Positions 24,001 to 36,000 of a stretch of DNA of 64,000 nucleotides are shown here, one piece after another; within the stretch, counting starts at the first letter, position 1; every line of letters starts with the position of its first letter. Below the pieces are notes generated by a model, which saw only the letters and a list, made by a program, of their open reading frames with translations, searched no databases and had not been told where the DNA came from. Where the stretch lies: the NCBI GenBank assembly GCA_000004985.1, contig GG738845.1; one strand, 5' to 3'. This DNA comes from Naegleria gruberi. Its lineage: Eukaryota. Made by a program: the position numbers and the translations under genes.

Positions 24001-27000
24001 NNNNNNNNNNNNNNNNNNNNNNNNNNNNNNNNNNNNNNNNNNNNNNNNNNNNNNNNNNNNNNNNNNNNNNNNNNNNNNNNNNNNNNNNNNNNNNNNNNNN
24101 NNNNNNNNNNNNNNNNNNNNNNNNNNNNNNNNNNNNNNNNNNNNNNNNNNNNNNNNNNNNNNNNNNNNNNNNNNNNNNNNNNNNNNNNNNNNNNNNNNNN
24201 NNNNNNNNNNNNNNNNNNNNNNNNNNNNNNNNNNNNNNNNNNNNNNNNNNNNNNNNNNNNNNNNNNNNNNNNNNNNNNNNNNNNNNNNNNNNNNNNNNNN
24301 NNNNNNNNNNNNNNNNNNNNNNNNNNNNNNNNNNNNNNNNNNNNNNNNNNNNNNNNNNNNNNNNNNNNNNNNNNNNNNNNNNNNNNNNNNNNNNNNNNNN
24401 NNNNNNNNNNNNNNNNNNNNNNNNNNNNNNNNNNNNNNNNNNNNNNNNNNNNNNNNNNNNNNNNNNNNNNNNNNNNNNNNNNNNNNNNNNNNNNNNNNNN
24501 NNNNNNNNNNNNNNNNNNNNNNNNNNNNNNNNNNNNNNNNNNNNNNNNNNNNNNNNNNNNNNNNNNNNNNNNNNNNNNNNNNNNNNNNNNNNNNNNNNNN
24601 NNNNNNNNNNNNNNNNNNNNNNNNNNNNNNNNNNNNNNNNNNNNNNNNNNNNNNNNNNNNNNNNNNNNNNNNNNNNNNNNNNNNNNNNNNNNNNNNNNNN
24701 NNNNNNNNNNNNNNNNNNNNNNNNNNNNNNNNNNNNNNNNNNNNNNNNNNNNNNNNNNNNNNNNNNNNNNNNNNNNNNNNNNNNNNNNNNNNNNNNNNNN
24801 NNNNNNNNNNNNNNNNNNNNNNNNNNNNNNNNNNNNNNNNNNNNNNNNNNNNNNNNNNNNNNNNNNNNNNNNNNNNNNNNNNNNNNNNNNNNNNNNNNNN
24901 NNNNNNNNNNNNNNNNNNNNNNNNNNNNNNNNNNNNNNNNNNNNNNNNNNNNNNNNNNNNNNNNNNNNNNNNNNNNNNNNNNNNNNNNNNNNNNNNNNNN
25001 NNNNNNNNNNNNNNNNNNNNNNNNNNNNNNNNNNNNNNNNNNNNNNNNNNNNNNNNNNNNNNNNNNNNNNNNNNNNNNNNNNNNNNNNNNNNNNNNNNNN
25101 NNNNNNNNNNNNNNNNNNNNNNNNNNNNNNNNNNNNNNNNNNNNNNNNNNNNNNNNNNNNNNNNNNNNNNNNNNNNNNNNNNNNNNNNNNNNNNNNNNNN
25201 NNNNNNNNNNNNNNNNNNNNNNNNNNNNNNNNNNNNNNNNNNNNNNNNNNNNNNNNNNNNNNNNNNNNNNNNNNNNNNNNNNNNNNNNNNNNNNNNNNNN
25301 NNNNNNNNNNNNNNNNNNNNNNNNNNNNNNNNNNNNNNNNNNNNNNNNNNNNNNNNNNNNNNNNNNNNNNNNNNNNNNNNNNNNNNNNNNNNNNNNNNNN
25401 NNNNNNNNNNNNNNNNNNNNNNNNNNNNNNNNNNNNNNNNNNNNNNNNNNNNNNNNNNNNNNNNNNNNNNNNNNNNNNNNNNNNNNNNNNNNNNNNNNNN
25501 NNNNNNNNNNNNNNNNNNNNNNNNNNNNNNNNNNNNNNNNNNNNNNNNNNNNNNNNNNNNNNNNNNNNNNNNNNNNNNNNNNNNNNNNNNNNNNNNNNNN
25601 NNNNNNNNNNNNNNNNNNNNNNNNNNNNNNNNNNNNNNNNNNNNNNNNNNNNNNNNNNNNNNNNNNNNNNNNNNNNNNNNNNNNNNNNNNNNNNNNNNNN
25701 NNNNNNNNNNNNNNNNNNNNNNNNNNNNNNNNNNNNNNNNNNNNNNNNNNNNNNNNNNNNNNNNNNNNNNNNNNNNNNNNNNNNNNNNNNNNNNNNNNNN
25801 NNNNNNNNNNNNNNNNNNNNNNNNNNNNNNNNNNNNNNNNNNNNNNNNNNNNNNNNNNNNNNNNNNNNNNNNNNNNNNNNNNNNNNNNNNNNNNNNNNNN
25901 NNNNNNNNNNNNNNNNNNNNNNNNNNNNNNNNNNNNNNNNNNNNNNNNNNNNNNNNNNNNNNNNNNNNNNNNNNNNNNNNNNNNNNNNNNNNNNNNNNNN
26001 NNNNNNNNNNNNNNNNNNNNNNNNNNNNNNNNNNNNNNNNNNNNNNNNNNNNNNNNNNNNNNNNNNNNNNNNNNNNNNNNNNNNNNNNNNNNNNNNNNNN
26101 NNNNNNNNNNNNNNNNNNNNNNNNNNNNNNNNNNNNNNNNNNNNNNNNNNNNNNNNNNNNNNNNNNNNNNNNNNNNNNNNNNNNNNNNNNNNNNNNNNNN
26201 NNNNNNNNNNNNNNNNNNNNNNNNNNNNNNNNNNNNNNNNNNNNNNNNNNNNNNNNNNNNNNNNNNNNNNNNNNNNNNNNNNNNNNNNNNNNNNNNNNNN
26301 NNNNNNNNNNNNNNNNNNNNNNNNNNNNNNNNNNNNNNNNNNNNNNNNNNNNNNNNNNNNNNNNNNNNNNNNNNNNNNNNNNNNNNNNNNNNNNNNNNNN
26401 NNNNNNNNNNNNNNNNNNNNNNNNNNNNNNNNNNNNNNNNNNNNNNNNNNNNNNNNNNNNNNNNNNNNNNNNNNNNNNNNNNNNNNNNNNNNNNNNNNNN
26501 NNNNNNNNNNNNNNNNNNNNNNNNNNNNNNNNNNNNNNNNNNNNNNNNNNNNNNNNNNNNNNNNNNNNNNNNNNNNNNNNNNNNNNNNNNNNNNNNNNNN
26601 NNNNNNNNNNNNNNNNNNNNNNNNNNNNNNNNNNNNNNNNNNNNNNNNNNNNNNNNNNNNNNNNNNNNNNNNNNNNNNNNNNNNNNNNNNNNNNNNNNNN
26701 NNNNNNNNNNNNNNNNNNNNNNNNNNNNNNNNNNNNNNNNNNNNNNNNNNNNNNNNNNNNNNNNNNNNNNNNNNNNNNNNNNNNNNNNNNNNNNNNNNNN
26801 NNNNNNNNNNNNNNNNNNNNNNNNNNNNNNNNNNNNNNNNNNNNNNNNNNNNNNNNNNNNNNNNNNNNNNNNNNNNNNNNNNNNNNNNNNNNNNNNNNNN
26901 NNNNNNNNNNNNNNNNNNNNNNNNNNNNNNNNNNNNNNNNNNNNNNNNNNNNNNNNNNNNNNNNNNNNNNNNNNNNNNNNNNNNNNNNNNNNNNNNNNNN

Positions 27001-30000
27001 NNNNNNNNNNNNNNNNNNNNNNNNNNNNNNNNNNNNNNNNNNNNNNNNNNNNNNNNNNNNNNNNNNNNNNNNNNNNNNNNNNNNNNNNNNNNNNNNNNNN
27101 NNNNNNNNNNNNNNNNNNNNNNNNNNNNNNNNNNNNNNNNNNNNNNNNNNNNNNNNNNNNNNNNNNNNNNNNNNNNNNNNNNNNNNNNNNNNNNNNNNNN
27201 NNNNNNNNNNNNNNNNNNNNNNNNNNNNNNNNNNNNNNNNNNNNNNNNNNNNNNNNNNNNNNNNNNNNNNNNNNNNNNNNNNNNNNNNNNNNNNNNNNNN
27301 NNNNNNNNNNNNNNNNNNNNNNNNNNNNNNNNNNNNNNNNNNNNNNNNNNNNNNNNNNNNNNNNNNNNNNNNNNNNNNNNNNNNNNNNNNNNNNNNNNNN
27401 NNNNNNNNNNNNNNNNNNNNNNNNNNNNNNNNNNNNNNNNNNNNNNNNNNNNNNNNNNNNNNNNNNNNNNNNNNNNNNNNNNNNNNNNNNNNNNNNNNNN
27501 NNNNNNNNNNNNNNNNNNNNNNNNNNNNNNNNNNNNNNNNNNNNNNNNNNNNNNNNNNNNNNNNNNNNNNNNNNNNNNNNNNNNNNNNNNNNNNNNNNNN
27601 NNNNNNNNNNNNNNNNNNNNNNNNNNNNNNNNNNNNNNNNNNNNNNNNNNNNNNNNNNNNNNNNNNNNNNNNNNNNNNNNNNNNNNNNNNNNNNNNNNNN
27701 NNNNNNNNNNNNNNNNNNNNNNNNNNNNNNNNNNNNNNNNNNNNNNNNNNNNNNNNNNNNNNNNNNNNNNNNNNNNNNNNNNNNNNNNNNNNNNNNNNNN
27801 NNNNNNNNNNNNNNNNNNNNNNNNNNNNNNNNNNNNNNNNNNNNNNNNNNNNNNNNNNNNNNNNNNNNNNNNNNNNNNNNNNNNNNNNNNNNNNNNNNNN
27901 NNNNNNNNNNNNNNNNNNNNNNNNNNNNNNNNNNNNNNNNNNNNNNNNNNNNNNNNNNNNNNNNNNNNNNNNNNNNNNNNNNNNNNNNNNNNNNNNNNNN
28001 NNNNNNNNNNNNNNNNNNNNNNNNNNNNNNNNNNNNNNNNNNNNNNNNNNNNNNNNNNNNNNNNNNNNNNNNNNNNNNNNNNNNNNNNNNNNNNNNNNNN
28101 NNNNNNNNNNNNNNNNNNNNNNNNNNNNNNNNNNNNNNNNNNNNNNNNNNNNNNNNNNNNNNNNNNNNNNNNNNNNNNNNNNNNNNNNNNNNNNNNNNNN
28201 NNNNNNNNNNNNNNNNNNNNNNNNNNNNNNNNNNNNNNNNNNNNNNNNNNNNNNNNNNNNNNNNNNNNNNNNNNNNNNNNNNNNNNNNNNNNNNNNNNNN
28301 NNNNNNNNNNNNNNNNNNNNNNNNNNNNNNNNNNNNNNNNNNNNNNNNNNNNNNNNNNNNNNNNNNNNNNNNNNNNNNNNNNNNNNNNNNNNNNNNNNNN
28401 NNNNNNNNNNNNNNNNNNNNNNNNNNNNNNNNNNNNNNNNNNNNNNNNNNNNNNNNNNNNNNNNNNNNNNNNNNNNNNNNNNNNNNNNNNNNNNNNNNNN
28501 NNNNNNNNNNNNNNNNNNNNNNNNNNNNNNNNNNNNNNNNNNNNNNNNNNNNNNNNNNNNNNNNNNNNNNNNNNNNNNNNNNNNNNNNNNNNNNNNNNNN
28601 NNNNNNNNNNNNNNNNNNNNNNNNNNNNNNNNNNNNNNNNNNNNNNNNNNNNNNNNNNNNNNNNNNNNNNNNNNNNNNNNNNNNNNNNNNNNNNNNNNNN
28701 NNNNNNNNNNNNNNNNNNNNNNNNNNNNNNNNNNNNNNNNNNNNNNNNNNNNNNNNNNNNNNNNNNNNNNNNNNNNNNNNNNNNNNNNNNNNNNNNNNNN
28801 NNNNNNNNNNNNNNNNNNNNNNNNNNNNNNNNNNNNNNNNNNNNNNNNNNNNNNNNNNNNNNNNNNNNNNNNNNNNNNNNNNNNNNNNNNNNNNNNNNNN
28901 NNNNNNNNNNNNNNNNNNNNNNNNNNNNNNNNNNNNNNNNNNNNNNNNNNNNNNNNNNNNNNNNNNNNNNNNNNNNNNNNNNNNNNNNNNNNNNNNNNNN
29001 NNNNNNNNNNNNNNNNNNNNNNNNNNNNNNNNNNNNNNNNNNNNNNNNNNNNNNNNNNNNNNNNNNNNNNNNNNNNNNNNNNNNNNNNNNNNNNNNNNNN
29101 NNNNNNNNNNNNNNNNNNNNNNNNNNNNNNNNNNNNNNNNNNNNNNNNNNNNNNNNNNNNNNNNNNNNNNNNNNNNNNNNNNNNNNNNNNNNNNNNNNNN
29201 NNNNNNNNNNNNNNNNNNNNNNNNNNNNNNNNNNNNNNNNNNNNNNNNNNNNNNNNNNNNNNNNNNNNNNNNNNNNNNNNNNNNNNNNNNNNNNNNNNNN
29301 NNNNNNNNNNNNNNNNNNNNNNNNNNNNNNNNNNNNNNNNNNNNNNNNNNNNNNNNNNNNNNNNNNNNNNNNNNNNNNNNNNNNNNNNNNNNNNNNNNNN
29401 NNNNNNNNNNNNNNNNNNNNNNNNNNNNNNNNNNNNNNNNNNNNNNNNNNNNNNNNNNNNNNNNNNNNNNNNNNNNNNNNNNNNNNNNNNNNNNNNNNNN
29501 NNNNNNNNNNNNNNNNNNNNNNNNNNNNNNNNNNNNNNNNNNNNNNNNNNNNNNNNNNNNNNNNNNNNNNNNNNNNNNNNNNNNNNNNNNNNNNNNNNNN
29601 NNNNNNNNNNNNNNNNNNNNNNNNNNNNNNNNNNNNNNNNNNNNNNNNNNNNNNNNNNNNNNNNNNNNNNNNNNNNNNNNNNNNNNNNNNNNNNNNNNNN
29701 NNNNNNNNNNNNNNNNNNNNNNNNNNNNNNNNNNNNNNNNNNNNNNNNNNNNNNNNNNNNNNNNNNNNNNNNNNNNNNNNNNNNNNNNNNNNNNNNNNNN
29801 NNNNNNNNNNNNNNNNNNNNNNNNNNNNNNNNNNNNNNNNNNNNNNNNNNNNNNNNNNNNNNNNNNNNNNNNNNNNNNNNNNNNNNNNNNNNNNNNNNNN
29901 NNNNNNNNNNNNNNNNNNNNNNNNNNNNNNNNNNNNNNNNNNNNNNNNNNNNNNNNNNNNNNNNNNNNNNNNNNNNNNNNNNNNNNNNNNNNNNNNNNNN

Positions 30001-33000
30001 NNNNNNNNNNNNNNNNNNNNNNNNNNNNNNNNNNNNNNNNNNNNNNNNNNNNNNNNNNNNNNNNNNNNNNNNNNNNNNNNNNNNNNNNNNNNNNNNNNNN
30101 NNNNNNNNNNNNNNNNNNNNNNNNNNNNNNNNNNNNNNNNNNNNNNNNNNNNNNNNNNNNNNNNNNNNNNNNNNNNNNNNNNNNNNNNNNNNNNNNNNNN
30201 NNNNNNNNNNNNNNNNNNNNNNNNNNNNNNNNNNNNNNNNNNNNNNNNNNNNNNNNNNNNNNNNNNNNNNNNNNNNNNNNNNNNNNNNNNNNNNNNNNNN
30301 NNNNNNNNNNNNNNNNNNNNNNNNNNNNNNNNNNNNNNNNNNNNNNNNNNNNNNNNNNNNNNNNNNNNNNNNNNNNNNNNNNNNNNNNNNNNNNNNNNNN
30401 NNNNNNNNNNNNNNNNNNNNNNNNNNNNNNNNNNNNNNNNNNNNNNNNNNNNNNNNNNNNNNNNNNNNNNNNNNNNNNNNNNNNNNNNNNNNNNNNNNNN
30501 NNNNNNNNNNNNNNNNNNNNNNNNNNNNNNNNNNNNNNNNNNNNNNNNNNNNNNNNNNNNNNNNNNNNNNNNNNNNNNNNNNNNNNNNNNNNNNNNNNNN
30601 NNNNNNNNNNNNNNNNNNNNNNNNNNNNNNNNNNNNNNNNNNNNNNNNNNNNNNNNNNNNNNNNNNNNNNNNNNNNNNNNNNNNNNNNNNNNNNNNNNNN
30701 NNNNNNNNNNNNNNNNNNNNNNNNNNNNNNNNNNNNNNNNNNNNNNNNNNNNNNNNNNNNNNNNNNNNNNNNNNNNNNNNNNNNNNNNNNNNNNNNNNNN
30801 NNNNNNNNNNNNNNNNNNNNNNNNNNNNNNNNNNNNNNNNNNNNNNNNNNNNNNNNNNNNNNNNNNNNNNNNNNNNNNNNNNNNNNNNNNNNNNNNNNNN
30901 NNNNNNNNNNNNNNNNNNNNNNNNNNNNNNNNNNNNNNNNNNNNNNNNNNNNNNNNNNNNNNNNNNNNNNNNNNNNNNNNNNNNNNNNNNNNNNNNNNNN
31001 NNNNNNNNNNNNNNNNNNNNNNNNNNNNNNNNNNNNNNNNNNNNNNNNNNNNNNNNNNNNNNNNNNNNNNNNNNNNNNNNNNNNNNNNNNNNNNNNNNNN
31101 NNNNNNNNNNNNNNNNNNNNNNNNNNNNNNNNNNNNNNNNNNNNNNNNNNNNNNNNNNNNNNNNNNNNNNNNNNNNNNNNNNNNNNNNNNNNNNNNNNNN
31201 NNNNNNNNNNNNNNNNNNNNNNNNNNNNNNNNNNNNNNNNNNNNNNNNNNNNNNNNNNNNNNNNNNNNNNNNNNNNNNNNNNNNNNNNNNNNNNNNNNNN
31301 NNNNNNNNNNNNNNNNNNNNNNNNNNNNNNNNNNNNNNNNNNNNNNNNNNNNNNNNNNNNNNNNNNNNNNNNNNNNNNNNNNNNNNNNNNNNNNNNNNNN
31401 NNNNNNNNNNNNNNNNNNNNNNNNNNNNNNNNNNNNNNNNNNNNNNNNNNNNNNNNNNNNNNNNNNNNNNNNNNNNNNNNNNNNNNNNNNNNNNNNNNNN
31501 NNNNNNNNNNNNNNNNNNNNNNNNNNNNNNNNNNNNNNNNNNNNNNNNNNNNNNNNNNNNNNNNNNNNNNNNNNNNNNNNNNNNNNNNNNNNNNNNNNNN
31601 NNNNNNNNNNNNNNNNNNNNNNNNNNNNNNNNNNNNNNNNNNNNNNNNNNNNNNNNNNNNNNNNNNNNNNNNNNNNNNNNNNNNNNNNNNNNNNNNNNNN
31701 NNNNNNNNNNNNNNNNNNNNNNNNNNNNNNNNNNNNNNNNNNNNNNNNNNNNNNNNNNNNNNNNNNNNNNNNNNNNNNNNNNNNNNNNNNNNNNNNNNNN
31801 NNNNNNNNNNNNNNNNNNNNNNNNNNNNNNNNNNNNNNNNNNNNNNNNNNNNNNNNNNNNNNNNNNNNNNNNNNNNNNNNNNNNNNNNNNNNNNNNNNNN
31901 NNNNNNNNNNNNNNNNNNNNNNNNNNNNNNNNNNNNNNNNNNNNNNNNNNNNNNNNNNNNNNNNNNNNNNNNNNNNNNNNNNNNNNNNNNNNNNNNNNNN
32001 NNNNNNNNNNNNNNNNNNNNNNNNNNNNNNNNNNNNNNNNNNNNNNNNNNNNNNNNNNNNNNNNNNNNNNNNNNNNNNNNNNNNNNNNNNNNNNNNNNNN
32101 NNNNNNNNNNNNNNNNNNNNNNNNNNNNNNNNNNNNNNNNNNNNNNNNNNNNNNNNNNNNNNNNNNNNNNNNNNNNNNNNNNNNNNNNNNNNNNNNNNNN
32201 NNNNNNNNNNNNNNNNNNNNNNNNNNNNNNNNNNNNNNNNNNNNNNNNNNNNNNNNNNNNNNNNNNNNNNNNNNNNNNNNNNNNNNNNNNNNNNNNNNNN
32301 NNNNNNNNNNNNNNNNNNNNNNNNNNNNNNNNNNNNNNNNNNNNNNNNNNNNNNNNNNNNNNNNNNNNNNNNNNNNNNNNNNNNNNNNNNNNNNNNNNNN
32401 NNNNNNNNNNNNNNNNNNNNNNNNNNNNNNNNNNNNNNNNNNNNNNNNNNNNNNNNNNNNNNNNNNNNNNNNNNNNNNNNNNNNNNNNNNNNNNNNNNNN
32501 NNNNNNNNNNNNNNNNNNNNNNNNNNNNNNNNNNNNNNNNNNNNNNNNNNNNNNNNNNNNNNNNNNNNNNNNNNNNNNNNNNNNNNNNNNNNNNNNNNNN
32601 NNNNNNNNNNNNNNNNNNNNNNNNNNNNNNNNNNNNNNNNNNNNNNNNNNNNNNNNNNNNNNNNNNNNNNNNNNNNNNNNNNNNNNNNNNNNNNNNNNNN
32701 NNNNNNNNNNNNNNNNNNNNNNNNNNNNNNNNNNNNNNNNNNNNNNNNNNNNNNNNNNNNNNNNNNNNNNNNNNNNNNNNNNNNNNNNNNNNNNNNNNNN
32801 NNNNNNNNNNNNNNNNNNNNNNNNNNNNNNNNNNNNNNNNNNNNNNNNNNNNNNNNNNNNNNNNNNNNNNNNNNNNNNNNNNNNNNNNNNNNNNNNNNNN
32901 NNNNNNNNNNNNNNNNNNNNNNNNNNNNNNNNNNNNNNNNNNNNNNNNNNNNNNNNNNNNNNNNNNNNNNNNNNNNNNNNNNNNNNNNNNNNNNNNNNNN

Positions 33001-36000
33001 NNNNNNNNNNNNNNNNNNNNNNNNNNNNNNNNNNNNNNNNNNNNNNNNNNNNNNNNNNNNNNNNNNNNNNNNNNNNNNNNNNNNNNNNNNNNNNNNNNNN
33101 NNNNNNNNNNNNNNNNNNNNNNNNNNNNNNNNNNNNNNNNNNNNNNNNNNNNNNNNNNNNNNNNNNNNNNNNNNNNNNNNNNNNNNNNNNNNNNNNNNNN
33201 NNNNNNNNNNNNNNNNNNNNNNNNNNNNNNNNNNNNNNNNNNNNNNNNNNNNNNNNNNNNNNNNNNNNNNNNNNNNNNNNNNNNNNNNNNNNNNNNNNNN
33301 NNNNNNNNNNNNNNNNNNNNNNNNNNNNNNNNNNNNNNNNNNNNNNNNNNNNNNNNNNNNNNNNNNNNNNNNNNNNNNNNNNNNNNNNNNNNNNNNNNNN
33401 NNNNNNNNNNNNNNNNNNNNNNNNNNNNNNNNNNNNNNNNNNNNNNNNNNNNNNNNNNNNNNNNNNNNNNNNNNNNNNNNNNNNNNNNNNNNNNNNNNNN
33501 NNNNNNNNNNNNNNNNNNNNNNNNNNNNNNNNNNNNNNNNNNNNNNNNNNNNNNNNNNNNNNNNNNNNNNNNNNNNNNNNNNNNNNNNNNNNNNNNNNNN
33601 NNNNNNNNNNNNNNNNNNNNNNNNNNNNNNNNNNNNNNNNNNNNNNNNNNNNNNNNNNNNNNNNNNNNNNNNNNNNNNNNNNNNNNNNNNNNNNNNNNNN
33701 NNNNNNNNNNNNNNNNNNNNNNNNNNNNNNNNNNNNNNNNNNNNNNNNNNNNNNNNNNNNNNNNNNNNNNNNNNNNNNNNNNNNNNNNNNNNNNNNNNNN
33801 NNNNNNNNNNNNNNNNNNNNNNNNNNNNNNNNNNNNNNNNNNNNNNNNNNNNNNNNNNNNNNNNNNNNNNNNNNNNNNNNNNNNNNNNNNNNNNNNNNNN
33901 NNNNNNNNNNNNNNNNNNNNNNNNNNNNNNNNNNNNNNNNNNNNNNNNNNNNNNNNNNNNNNNNNNNNNNNNNNNNNNNNNNNNNNNNNNNNNNNNNNNN
34001 NNNNNNNNNNNNNNNNNNNNNNNNNNNNNNNNNNNNNNNNNNNNNNNNNNNNNNNNNNNNNNNNNNNNNNNNNNNNNNNNNNNNNNNNNNNNNNNNNNNN
34101 NNNNNNNNNNNNNNNNNNNNNNNNNNNNNNNNNNNNNNNNNNNNNNNNNNNNNNNNNNNNNNNNNNNNNNNNNNNNNNNNNNNNNNNNNNNNNNNNNNNN
34201 NNNNNNNNNNNNNNNNNNNNNNNNNNNNNNNNNNNNNNNNNNNNNNNNNNNNNNNNNNNNNNNNNNNNNNNNNNNNNNNNNNNNNNNNNNNNNNNNNNNN
34301 NNNNNNNNNNNNNNNNNNNNNNNNNNNNNNNNNNNNNNNNNNNNNNNNNNNNNNNNNNNNNNNNNNNNNNNNNNNNNNNNNNNNNNNNNNNNNNNNNNNN
34401 NNNNNNNNNNNNNNNNNNNNNNNNNNNNNNNNNNNNNNNNNNNNNNNNNNNNNNNNNNNNNNNNNNNNNNNNNNNNNNNNNNNNNNNNNNNNNNNNNNNN
34501 NNNNNNNNNNNNNNNNNNNNNNNNNNNNNNNNNNNNNNNNNNNNNNNNNNNNNNNNNNNNNNNNNNNNNNNNNNNNNNNNNNNNNNNNNNNNNNNNNNNN
34601 NNNNNNNNNNNNNNNNNNNNNNNNNNNNNNNNNNNNNNNNNNNNNNNNNNNNNNNNNNNNNNNNNNNNNNNNNNNNNNNNNNNNNNNNNNNNNNNNNNNN
34701 NNNNNNNNNNNNNNNNNNNNNNNNNNNNNNNNNNNNNNNNNNNNNNNNNNNNNNNNNNNNNNNNNNNNNNNNNNNNNNNNNNNNNNNNNNNNNNNNNNNN
34801 NNNNNNNNNNNNNNNNNNNNNNNNNNNNNNNNNNNNNNNNNNNNNNNNNNNNNNNNNNNNNNNNNNNNNNNNNNNNNNNNNNNNNNNNNNNNNNNNNNNN
34901 NNNNNNNNNNNNNNNNNNNNNNNNNNNNNNNNNNNNNNNNNNNNNNNNNNNNNNNNNNNNNNNNNNNNNNNNNNNNNNNNNNNNNNNNNNNNNNNNNNNN
35001 NNNNNNNNNNNNNNNNNNNNNNNNNNNNNNNNNNNNNNNNNNNNNNNNNNNNNNNNNNNNNNNNNNNNNNNNNNNNNNNNNNNNNNNNNNNNNNNNNNNN
35101 NNNNNNNNNNNNNNNNNNNNNNNNNNNNNNNNNNNNNNNNNNNNNNNNNNNNNNNNNNNNNNNNNNNNNNNNNNNNNNNNNNNNNNNNNNNNNNNNNNNN
35201 NNNNNNNNNNNNNNNNNNNNNNNNNNNNNNNNNNNNNNNNNNNNNNNNNNNNNNNNNNNNNNNNNNNNNNNNNNNNNNNNNNNNNNNNNNNNNNNNNNNN
35301 NNNNNNNNNNNNNNNNNNNNNNNNNNNNNNNNNNNNNNNNNNNNNNNNNNNNNNNNNNNNNNNNNNNNNNNNNNNNNNNNNNNNNNNNNNNNNNNNNNNN
35401 NNNNNNNNNNNNNNNNNNNNNNNNNNNNNNNNNNNNNNNNNNNNNNNNNNNNNNNNNNNNNNNNNNNNNNNNNNNNNNNNNNNNNNNNNNNNNNNNNNNN
35501 NNNNNNNNNNNNNNNNNNNNNNNNNNNNNNNNNNNNNNNNNNNNNNNNNNNNNNNNNNNNNNNNNNNNNNNNNNNNNNNNNNNNNNNNNNNNNNNNNNNN
35601 NNNNNNNNNNNNNNNNNNNNNNNNNNNNNNNNNNNNNNNNNNNNNNNNNNNNNNNNNNNNNNNNNNNNNNNNNNNNNNNNNNNNNNNNNNNNNNNNNNNN
35701 NNNNNNNNNNNNNNNNNNNNNNNNNNNNNNNNNNNNNNNNNNNNNNNNNNNNNNNNNNNNNNNNNNNNNNNNNNNNNNNNNNNNNNNNNNNNNNNNNNNN
35801 NNNNNNNNNNNNNNNNNNNNNNNNNNNNNNNNNNNNNNNNNNNNNNNNNNNNNNNNNNNNNNNNNNNNNNNNNNNNNNNNNNNNNNNNNNNNNNNNNNNN
35901 NNNNNNNNNNNNNNNNNNNNNNNNNNNNNNNNNNNNNNNNNNNNNNNNNNNNNNNNNNNNNNNNNNNNNNNNNNNNNNNNNNNNNNNNNNNNNNNNNNNN